In this document: positions 1 through 10,700 of the stretch, piece after piece | How the letters are laid out: every line of letters starts with the position of its first letter | Position numbering within the stretch: position 1 is the stretch's first letter | Source: Guillardia theta CCMP2712 | Taxonomy: Eukaryota; Protista; Cryptophyta | Direction: 5' to 3' | Length of the DNA: 64,000 nucleotides | Assembly (NCBI RefSeq): GCF_000315625.1 | Contig: NW_005434667.1 | Span: forward strand, 1,107,061 to 1,171,060 | Notes under the pieces: generated by a model | Database searches by the model: none | Seen by the model: the letters and a program-made list of their open reading frames with translations, nothing else | Told to the model about the DNA's origin: nothing | Translations under genes and position numbers: made by a program

Positions 1-53
1 GCTGTTAACCGATATGAGAGAGAATCTCCTTTGAACGATCTCTTTCAGCACTT

Positions 54-1118
54 ATGGAATCTCTCAATCAATTCTTCCTAGTCATGCTGGTGGGCTTCCC
101 GTCTTGCTTTGTGTGCCTGATTGGCGAACCACCGTCAGCGTCTTCATTTTGCAAACCCTCAACGGCTTTCATGGTGAAAAAAATTTATGCAAGGACGCAA
201 GTTTTGCATGGCTTCAAAGGAGGAAATGATGTGGACATGCTGGATGACGACCATGATCATGGCTCCTGCTTCAATCAATCAGCGTTACGTGGTCCGATGC
301 CTCCAAGCTGGCCAGGACCGTATATTGATGATTGGGGACAAGACAATCCCTTGATGCCAAATCGATATTCTGATTTCAAAGAAGATGAGATGATGTTCCG
401 TATATACTTGAGCCTGAATGACACGGATGCTTGTGTGAAAATGATTCAAAGTGGTGTCGACATCAATCACCTCGATACATATCTGTGGAAAATGCGTCCA
501 CTGCACTTCGCTGCTGCGTACGAAGATCCTATCCTCTGTGAAATGTTGCTTAGTGCGGGTGCCAATCAGGACGGGAGGGATTGGTATGGAAACACTCCGC
601 TCATGCATGCTGCCTTGCATGGTAGGCTTGTCAACATGTTTCGACTGATTGCTAGTGGATCGCTTGTGAATGCCAAGAATAAGTATGGAAACACCGCTCT
701 TCACCTTGCCGCCATGAATGACAAGTATAAATCGATTCAGATCTTGCTGGAGAAAGGTGCATGGATCAACCCCAGGAACGCCAAGAACGAAACCCCCCTG
801 CACTATGCTGCCATGTCAGGGAGCGACCTCAGTTGCAGGATGCTGCTCCGACATGGCGCGAACGTGTACGCTCGCAATGCGCGTGGTGAATCTGCCATCG
901 CCATGGCTGTGAGGGAAAACAATTTCGAAGTGGTTGAATGCTTGCGGAACAAGACCAATGACACATCGTGGAAACTGGTGGAGCCTCGGTATCCCATCTT
1001 GACCAGAGCTGAGAGTGAGAATCTATGGAACGCATTGAACAGCGCCAATCCTGGTGTGCAGTATATAGAAAAGCTTGGAGAAAGAAATATGAACCGGTCC
1101 AGACAACTCAAGAGGTGA
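54..1118 (+). CDS. Ankyrin-repeat protein
   Basis: About 5 ankyrin repeats (RPLHFAA, GNTPLMHAALHG, GNTALHLAA, NETPLHYAA, GESAIAMA); hydrophobic N-terminus; true start uncertain. Confidence 0.85.
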   Translation: MESLNQFFLVMLVGFPSCFVCLIGEPPSASSFCKPSTAFMVKKIYARTQVLHGFKGGNDVDMLDDDHDHGSCFNQSALRGPMPPSWPGPYIDDWGQDNPLMPNRYSDFKEDEMMFRIYLSLNDTDACVKMIQSGVDINHLDTYLWKMRPLHFAAAYEDPILCEMLLSAGANQDGRDWYGNTPLMHAALHGRLVNMFRLIASGSLVNAKNKYGNTALHLAAMNDKYKSIQILLEKGAWINPRNAKNETPLHYAAMSGSDLSCRMLLRHGANVYARNARGESAIAMAVRENNFEVVECLRNKTNDTSWKLVEPRYPILTRAESENLWNALNSANPGVQYIEKLGERNMNRSRQLKR

Positions 1119-1211
1119 GCATTGAATTTTTATTGAGCTCAGAAATCAATAAAACATGGAGACCATCCTCAAACTGCCATTATCCAGTTACAAACAAATT
1201 CACTTCCGAAT

Positions 1212-1397
1212 TTAGTGGCGGTTGTAGAAATAGTCCCACTGGTGGCGGGCGCGGCGCCAGTCATCGTAGGACGCGGCATCGTTGGCGCGGTAGTAGGTGT
1301 CCTCAGACTCCTGGTAGAGGGCGCGAGCCTGGGTGTTCTGAACGAAAGCCTGGGTGTAAAGGTTGGCGGCCTTCTTTCCGTAGAGGATGGTGCGCAT
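1212..1397 (-). CDS. Small (61 aa) hypothetical protein
   Basis: Clean ORF MRTILYGKKAAN...WDYFYNRH preceded by a branch point/acceptor (ctgac...tttgcag) 5 nt upstream of the ATG, suggesting a 5'UTR intron. Confidence 0.5.
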   Translation of the reverse strand: MRTILYGKKAANLYTQAFVQNTQARALYQESEDTYYRANDAASYDDWRRARHQWDYFYNRH

Positions 1398-1749
1398 GAC
1401 TACTGCAAACAGAATGTCAGATTCCTTGTGTACAAGCCAATAACATAGCGAAAGTCAACGGATATGACATCAAGGTTTTTGAAAATTCTCAATCATCCGT
1501 ACAAGAGCGAGCATTCATCCTTTAAATATCCTACAAGGATCCAGCAAAGACTTGTGAGAAGGATACGACTGGAACATGGAAGGGTGGATGTCAGAATTAC
1601 GCTTGGATCCATCACACAGATCGCAAAGATAACACACAAGGAGTGAGAAAGTACACCGCGCAGCGACAGGTCATAATGCTGCATCGCCATCACATCAAAA
1701 TTTTGACTGCGTGTACATCTTGCCTGTTCGCTGCTTTTCTCCCCCTTCG

Positions 1750-2890
1750 GATCGCTTATAAACTGAAAGGTTGTGAGTACCCCTACCTCCTTGGTTTTCA
1801 GACCTACCCGTGCCTTTGTGTATTCATGACCGCCCACCCCCTTCATCAATCAACCACCCACTTCATGTCACTTGAAGTGTACACATACCCGGTATTCAAT
1901 AGTTAATTCTTCAGGTAAAGAACCCGTCCTGAAGAATCTCACCCCTTGTCTGAGCATCACTACCCTTGTATTTGATTCCGATTCACATATGGGCTACCTC
2001 CCACCCACTCCTTGTCCAGGGACCCTCGCTAACACTACCACTACCCTTGCTCTAATATTCAAAATCACCGGTACATATGAAGAGCCAGCTCCAAAGGCCG
2101 CGCCCTTACCATCGCCAACCCCTGACCTGAAACCAACCATTATAATCCACTACCCCCTTCTTTTACTATCCGTCGTCACGCAACAGGAGGGTACAATTAG
2201 GACCCCACCCCTGATATCCCTACACCTCCTGGGCTCTGGTGATTATTATTAATACAACCTACCCTAGTAGTAGTAGTAGTAGAGTCTTGTGGTTCCGATG
2301 GAGCCCCACCGGCTCTTCGACCTACCCACCTCGTAGTTTCAGATACACCCCTACCTACCTTGCTGAATCCACTTGTCCATTGTAAACATTTACACCGGTA
2401 CTGTTCTGTGTACACAAAGTAGGCAATTGAAAGTGACATGGGGGTAGGTCAACTACCGTACCCTCAGCGATTGGGCATGACACCCCTGCTAACCCTGCTG
2501 GTCTTGATCATCTCCCTCATTCTCAAATCATTCCTTCATCCAGTACCTCATCTCCCCTCTGACCACAGTTGTACCCCTACCCTGTTGTACCCCCAGATCA
2601 GAATCAAAGTACCCCTCCAATAGGTGTCATGTGCTCTCGACAGTACCCCCTTCATTATTGCCACCCTAATACATCTTACCCCTACCCCTCTTCCAGCTGT
2701 TATCACCCCAGGCTTTGTCTATTTGAGTACCCTTATTCTCCCTGTATACCCCTGCACCCACTCCCCGATGAACTACTATTGGCCCAACATGCACTTCTAG
2801 GGTCCAGTCTGCACCCCCCACCAGCAGTTTGACCACATTTTCTATGGTAGATATAGGTCAGGGTCATCACCCCCACCTACATAGATAGCG
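1750..2890. repeat. Degenerate TACCC/ACCC-rich low-complexity intergenic tract
   Basis: Many taccc/caccc words, C-rich on the + strand, no credible ORF. Confidence 0.45.
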
Positions 2891-3004
2891 ATCATTGTGG
2901 AGATGCAGGTTGATGCGACCTGAGGAGGAAGGTGAGGAGGAGGAGGAGCAGGAGAGGGTGAGAGAGCTCAGAGACGTTGTCGATGAAATGCTGGTCTGTA
3001 ACAC

Positions 3005-3070
3005 TCAGAGAAAGAAAGCATGAGAAAAGAAAGAAAGCATGAGAAGAAAGCATGAGAGAAAGAAAGCATG
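3005..3070. repeat. Short imperfect tandem repeat (agaaagcatgag) x4
   Basis: Repeated gaaagcatg unit seen directly. Confidence 0.7.
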
Positions 3071-3691
3071 GTTGATGGAGGAGGAGAGGAAAGAAACCTG
3101 ACTTGGCATCTTCGCAAAGTCAGGAGAGCATTAGTTGATTGTATGGAGCTGATTTTGTGGGTGGAAGGAAATGTTCGAGATTGTATTCAAAGTGAAAGAG
3201 AAGTACAGATTTGGTCTTGAAGAATTTTTTCTACAGAAAGGAGCTCAGAAGAAGATCCATAGGTGGGAGAGGTGAAGAGGTTTGTAGTAAGAAGGGTGAG
3301 AAGAAAGGGAGTGAATTGTGAGGTAGGTGTAGATCGAAAGGCATTCGGGTGGATGAACTTCTTTCTCGTGGCCATGAAAGATACGGAGAAGGTTCATGAG
3401 CAAACAAACGAGTCGTATGGCATATTTGATTTCTTTATTAGATTGGTTTAGGATATGGTGCTGGTCGGTTTTTTTGAGGATTTTGATGGAATTGCATGTA
3501 AAGATACATTAGTTTAACGGAAAGACTCGGGGATATAAGCGCATCATGTTCGTACTGATTGCAGCGCATATCTTTTACTAATATCTTTTACTGCCACTTT
3601 GGATGAATCATAATGCTTTCCTTTGATAGTCTGCAGAATCGTCAACATCGTACCAAGAAAAATTATAGGTTCAGGCACATAATAGTTCGAA

Positions 3692-5660
3692 ATGGCTGCC
3701 GAGCGCATCCGAATGCGAATAAATGAATTGTTATCATCTGAAACCAAGGTTTGTGAATCGCTGAATCAACTTATGCAAAAGCTACAGGAAATCGAACAGG
3801 TATGTGTCTTTCACATGTCGGGAAGGGTTTATCTTGTCTGGCAGTGAGTTTTGTCCAGGACAAAGCCTGGAAATTGGGCCCTGAACATGTCAAGTTGATC
3901 ACAAGAACATCTGGATGCTGTGAGCTTTTGATCCAACTGCACGAGACCATTGCAGAAAAAGTTGCGATGTTCGTGGGTCCCTCTCATCTAGCAGGTTTCC
4001 ATGTGATTGGAAATTCCTCTCCCACCTTGACTTGTGAACAAAAGGCGTGTTTGAAGCGAGTGAAAACGAACTCATCACTCATCATTCTGAATTTCAAACT
4101 TTGTCTTCCTGTGTCATGGTCGTCTTGCAGGTGCTCACAATCATTTGCTATGTTTGTCAACCTCACTGCTCATATCTCCCCAGAAAAAGGCTGGAGGTCA
4201 AGTCATAGGTGACAGAGCAGTCGGGACGTCACCTAAGGTATTGAAGTATTTCATATCCATGGAAATGAATTCCCTTCAGATGCAAGATAATCTAGCTTCT
4301 GCTCTCCATTCCCTTCAAGATTTGCTTGTCCGTCCTTCTCAACTTGTGATGAAATATCATGTATTGCATCGTTTGTCTTCAACCATATGCTGAAGTCGAA
4401 CAGTTGTTCCTCGACGAAATGGTCAAAGATGCGGCAGGAAGTCCAGATGAAGAAAACGTCCGTAAATGTCTGAATATTGCCAAACGCCTTACCTCAGAGG
4501 TGACTTGCCAAGGTGTCGCAACTGGCCCCTTATGTCTTGCAGATTAATGAGAGAATCCGTGGCATTCAAAGAAGAGAACGAGTAGTACTGATAGCATCTC
4601 GAGTCAGAGCGGTTCCATATCACTTTTGCCGAATAGCAACGATATGACTGTGTGCATTAAGGTTCCCCCAGAAATCGAAATCGTCAAAGAAGGAAGAGAA
4701 TTTCTTCTGGATGATGGGTATTTCCGAGAGCATGGCAGAGCCGGATATCGCCATCTGTATCTTTTCAACGATGCTGTTCTTGTCTGCAAACCAGGAGAGA
4801 CTGTGATTGGCAAGTTTTTCACAAAGAATGATAGGGTAAAGAGATTTTATCATGTGCGGTGCAAGGCTTACTTGCTTCATGTAGGATCTTAAATTCAAGA
4901 GGTTTATCCCTCTTGCTGCGATCAAACCTTCCGAGCTCCCAGTGGTGAGATCTTAACTGCCACGAGAGACTTGTTCACTTGTCTCCAGGTGCGAGATCCT
5001 GCCGTCTCGGAAGAAGACTCACCCGGCGGGTAAGGGGAGCGTGGCGATGAGCTGATATCTAACAGCATCTTGGCAGTTTGAGCCAGCTTCCCTTTTTCGA
5101 GTTGCGAGACAAGGCGGGGAAGTGTGTGAGTGAAGCTCTGTTCCCTCTGCTGGTCTTGATCGCTTGCCAGGCTTTCCATCATCAAGATCGAGAGAAGCTT
5201 CAGGAGTGGGTGACAGCCATTCGGAATGCGGTTTCGAATTATTGCGTTGATAGCCGACGTATTGATCTTCATCTGCAGATCGATGAGATCACAGTGCGAG
5301 GCTCTCAGAACCCTGTCCCTGCATACAGGTCACAGTGAATATTCTTTCTCCCCATCTTCCCAAACCGCATGCCGCTTAAGGAAAACAACCAGGTTACCCA
5401 ATAGCTCTGAGGACATTCGCCAGCTTTCACAGGATTTGTCGGGATATGTGAGTTCACAAACATCTACTTCGTATGGAAATGACTTGGATCTGTCAGGTGG
5501 TTCTTGGAGACAAAGATGGAGAGTCTGAAGTTTTTGTATTCTGAGAGAGAAAATCCTTCATGTTTCAATATGAAAACACTGTTATTATGGATAGTGACAA
5601 CAAGAATATAAGAAGACAGTGACGGATCATATTTTCTGGACCTACATCCTTCAAAACGTG
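3692..5660 (+). CDS. RhoGEF (DH + PH domains), multi-exon
   Basis: DH start RINELLSSETK, DH core LQDLLVRPSQLVMKY, PH-like RHLYLFNDAVLVCK...EKLQEWVTAIRNA, possible second PH (SGGSWRQRW); both ends approximate. Confidence 0.75.
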
Positions 5661-5672
5661 ACCCTGACCTTT

Positions 5673-6968
5673 CTATCGCATCGTTTGATCAGAAGTGGCC
5701 TTGCAGAAATCCAGAAAGAGTCCAACTTCTTCCTCGTTGACTATCTGTTGTGGGGCCAGTCAGGCCATTGATCTTACAAACAAACGAATGGCATACTTCA
5801 GCGCTTCTACCATCATTCGTTTGCTTGATAGTATTGTTGCATGGTTCTTCTTGCTGTTGTTGCCGTTACATTCACCCTCACTGTCATCAGTTACAGAAGC
5901 AAGAGCTGACCTTGAAACCCTTGTCATCTAGTCCACCGCTCTTCCACTTCGTTCGGCGATATCTCTTACAATGTCTGTGCTGCAAGTTGCAACAATCTGT
6001 GACGCAGCAGCAGATTTTCCGACAGATCGGACAAATCCACTTGGAGCTGTCACAAGATGGAATATCGACATGGGGAAGATGTTTCACAAGACAGTGCTCG
6101 CAATATCTCTGACCACACGACGGTATACAACATCCCACAGTCCAGAACCGTTTGGGCTCGTGACCTGCACACCACCCATCAGTGAAACACATCGTGATAG
6201 CTTGAAGCCATGGACCGCAAAAGTGACAGTTCTTGTTCATCCCATGTGAGAACTCGTTAACCCGATGTTCGTTCACAAGCTTTTCAAACGCCCCAACAAG
6301 ATGACAACTGTCAATGTCTTTGTCGTGCGGATAGTTGGAAACATCTCGGATTTCGGCACCCTGCGGGGTTCATGTCAGTTCAGAAACATTGAGCAACAAC
6401 ACTTCTTCACTAACTTCTTCTTTCACTTCTTGTTTTAGACCCGCAGCCGCTGACAGAACAGGGTCTGCACTTAGAGAACTTGCGCTAATGCCCAACGCAG
6501 ACAAACACTCTTGCTTCATACCCTTTCCAAACTGCTCGTTTATGGATTCTGCCTGTAAACCAATCCAGTATTTGTTCAGTTCACGGATTCAGAGGACAAT
6601 GGGTGACACCTCCTCCTTCAATCTCTTGATTTTCTGCGAGCACTTAATGAGTGCACGGCAAGAGGAAACATCGAACAATCATGCCTGCAGCTTGAGGAGA
6701 TATTTCTGCAAATGTGTGCGGACTTGAGTAGGTGTCCTTGTCTTGATCATCTCTGCTATAGCTCTGTAATTTCTTCCCCCATATTTCTGAACGCCGCGAA
6801 GGAACAGACTGGAACAATAATTGTATCAACAGCAGCCTTCAACTTCCAACACACCTCCACTTACAGATGCTCTTCGTCAGACCAGTATCTCACCGGTTCT
6901 TTACATACAAACTTTCCCTGACGTGCCTTCTGTTTGTCGTTGACTGAGTCTGACGTCGAGATATCCAT
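5673..6968 (-). CDS. Myb-like (SHAQKYF class) DNA-binding protein with C-terminal Cys-rich zinc finger (zf-4CXXC_R1-like), multi-exon
   Basis: Spliced reading WSDEEH|LFLRGVQKYGGRNYRAIAEMIKTRTPTQVRTHLQKYLLKL; C-terminal CHFC...CGQRYCEHCL...WICPICRKICCC. Confidence 0.8.
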
Positions 6969-7703
6969 CTCAAGGCCCAAAATTCTACGCAGTAGAAATC
7001 AACTGAAGAATCTATTGAAATGATTCCCACTTCTTCCTCAACCATCATCGTACTTCCTCACACTGCGATTTTGAAAATGCAGGAGATAAAACCTTCCTAT
7101 CGTCTAACATTATTAAACTTCATCATCTTCTTGCACTCAATCTCTTCTCTGGCAACTTTCAATCAGGATAAGAAGCTGGAGAGTTTTTCTCCACAACATT
7201 ATTGGGCATACATAAGTATTCCAGCTGTGCAAGGGGATCTCTCTGCCCTCATAAGCTCTGTCTGACATCTCTCTTCTCTCCCCTCCTTTCTACTCTTCCA
7301 CTTCGTCGCCATCTCCCGCATGATCCCCTACTGCCATGGCTCTCGTCCCGGCTCTTGTCCCCACCGAACTACCCACCCCTCTATCCCTTCATGTGTGTAC
7401 CAACCCTCACGAGACAACACCCCCCGTTCTCGTAACTCGGACTACCTACCCTCACACCCTACAAAACATGATTGGATCCTATAGTAGCAGGGGTGATGTT
7501 GTACGATCCCACCCTTGTCTGTTAGTTACTACTAGTGGCACCCCCACCCCCTGGTCATTTCGCGCAAGCAAGAAATTCAGTCAGCTCGCAAGAAACTCAA
7601 TTAGCTCACACAAGATTGATTAATTTTAAAAGTCCATTTCCTAGCAGAGTTTGTGAAGTCGCACGGCATGCTGTGAAAGGCTGCACGGCAATGATCCTTG
7701 TCC

Positions 7704-10700
7704 ATGTTGCGAGCTAAGTATCAGATTATACTCATCTTGGTGCTCACCAACCTTTGCAGCTTGCTTGCGGTGGCTGCAAACTGCTCAAATCTCCCCTCAA
7801 ATGCATTCTGGGAAGGAAACCTTTCTGTGTCATCAACGAACTGTGTGTGGTTGTGCTTACCTGGCTACAATGAGATCAACGGAACTTGTCACCCATGCAT
7901 CATTTGTGGGCCATCAAGCTACAGCAACTGTTGGTATCCGACGCAAGATGTGCAGATGGAATCTCCTGTTTCCTTCACAAGTCTGTCGTGTATCAGCACT
8001 TGCGCAAGATTTTCCCTTGTTAGCACTGGCGTCTGGGACAAGCAGGGTGGTTTTGTCTCCTGTCAATGTGCAAACAAACGAGTAGCTTACTGGAGACACA
8101 ATGTGATCTGTGAGAAATTCGGGGACATGAGCAACTCAAACTGTGATCGAGGCGCTACCATAGCTTCAATATCGTATATGACTGCTGAGCGAACGGTGTT
8201 AGATTTGTCTTTTGTCACATTTGCCTCTGCATTCGACGGAAGTATACAACAATGTCTTGACACGTGCACCTCGGACTCGTATTGTCGTTGTCTCAGCATT
8301 CTCTCAGATAAGAAAGGCAGAATGACATGTGTCTTCAGCGATGATTCCTGCCAAGCGAAGAGTGCATCTGCGAGGTTTTGGGATCAACAACCTTCAAAGA
8401 GGAACCGAACCTCAGTTCTTTACATTAAGAATGCAAGTGCTTGTGTGCATTGTGCCAATGGGATAGTTACCTATGACGATCTTGAATATTGCCAGTGCCC
8501 AGCAGGAAGTTTTCTCAGTCCTGCGATCGAAACAGATCATGATTGTTTACAGGAAAGTTTGTTAGTATTTCAGAGTGTTGTTCCTCAAGATATCAACGAG
8601 AGCTCAAGTCTTAGGCTCTGCGCCTCTACAGCAAGAATTGCTCAGCAAGAAGCTTTCTGCTATAGCCCCTCTACGAAGATGTGCTACTCACGATTGGACG
8701 TTTCGAGCGTCTGCTCAGTGGTCCCTCGAGGCAAGCAACAATCTTTCAAGAGATTCTCCATGCACCGCTCTCAGCTTTCCTGGTATGAGGCAGAAGCGTT
8801 TTGCAACAAGCACGGCGGCCATCTTTCGTCTGTCGAAGATCAGCAGGAGCTGGTGCAGCTTGAAGGATTAATGCAAGACGTTGAGAATGTTTGGATTGGA
8901 TTGAACATGGACTCAAACAAAAATGTCAGTGTTCAATCTGATATTCTTTGGTCAGATGGCTCAATTCTCAGAAACAATAGCATACTCGATGACAAAACTT
9001 TTCGATCTGGCTGTCTTGCAATGCGATCGTCGAAACCACAAGCTTTCAAGACTTTTGATTGTAATCGCAGTCTTTCATTCTCATGCTCTTTCAAAGCCAC
9101 AGATGTTGCGAAGATTGCAAGCGATCTTAAGTGTTACATTACTGAATCTGTTTGTCAAAAATGCACGAACATGGATGGGAGATTTGGACCTTATTTTGTT
9201 TATGGCTTTGGAGATCCTAAGAAGAAATCATGTGCAGTGAAATGTGAAGCGGGCTTAGAGGATTCCTACACTTTGTACGATTGTCCTGGAAGAACCTTGA
9301 CATCTGTTGCCTGCGAAAAAGCAAAAGCTTGCAGGATATTCATGGAAAGCGGCGATGGATTGTGTGACATTGAGTATCTGCAATGTGGGCAACAGAAGCT
9401 TTTTCGATTCTGGGAATTGATTGCACGATTCGGGCTGCCGTCCATGTTGACTATCATGATTTTGAGTATTTCCATGTGTTGCTTCCCTTCCTTGTGGATC
9501 TCTCGTGACCAGAGAAGGAGATGTTTATCTTGTGGCACCTCACTTTGCTTCACATGCTACAAGGAGGCAACAGCAGAGAGAAGTAGAGAAAACTCAGAGA
9601 GAACTCTGGCTAACGAGATGGAAGACGTCTCACTTAGGGATGCAATGATGCTGAAAGCTCTCTCGCCTGCGAGATCGACGCTTGCTTGCTCGAGATGTCA
9701 TCAGAAGAGGCCCCATCCTCGGGAACCTGTTTGTGGTCGATATGGAAGACGAGTACAAAACGACTTAGACGTTGATCAAAAGTTTGCCCCGCTCCTCGGA
9801 ATATCTATCAGATCCTTTTTTTTCGTCATGAGGACAATGTTTCTGTTCAGGTACAATAGAGGATTACAATGCTGCTTGATCGTACTCTTGTGTGGACTGG
9901 CAATGGGCTCGGTAGCAATTTTGGAATTTATTCGAAATTTACCGCTCTATACCGATGAAATTAGTAGTCTTGTCTTCATGGCAATTGGTTTGCCTTTTTT
10001 TTCGAGCCTTGCCTTTGGTTGCTTTCTGATGATGGTGTTGGAGTTAGAGAAATCAGTTTGTTGTTTTTGTTCCAAAGATTTTGCCTGTCAGGGCTGCTGG
10101 GCAAGACACTTTTCGAATATGCAAGCAAAGTTTGGCAAAGACAAGTTTCTTGTCAAGAATATCATTCCGCGAGGTAAAATTCCTGGGCGTTTCATCTACA
10201 AGAGAGATGGCAAGTTCTGCAACAAGGTTGTAGTGAATCTTCCAAATACAGAAAGAATCGTTCTCCGAGTGCATCATGTGGATGAACAAGTAATTCCCCC
10301 ACCGATTTACGTTCTCCCATCGGGAGTTACCTTTTCCTGGCTAGATAACAACACTTATACTGGAGATCTGACGTTCGACACCTCACGCATGAAGGGTTGG
10401 AAGAAACCGTCGACCATCACTCTGATTATTGCAGCAATAAACCCATTCGGCATTTTCACTCAAAAGGTAGAGGTGTATATCAATGTGCAACCCTGTGCTC
10501 CACTGGAACTGAAATATGAAAGCTACAATGGCTACTTGCTGATGCATGAACCTCTTCATCTCAAACAATGTGATATGACTGGCAACTGGCGATGCTCATG
10601 GTGCCTAGAGCTGGCGTCAGAGCAGATGGTCTGCACGACTTGCATCCGCAAAGGTGGATATTCCCCTCTTGTGTGTCTGCAATGCTATCACGAGTACGAG

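Noticed and set aside
1750-2890. Retrotransposon coding remnant
   Set aside because: No RT, integrase, gag or LTR motif recognisable; kept only as a low-complexity tract
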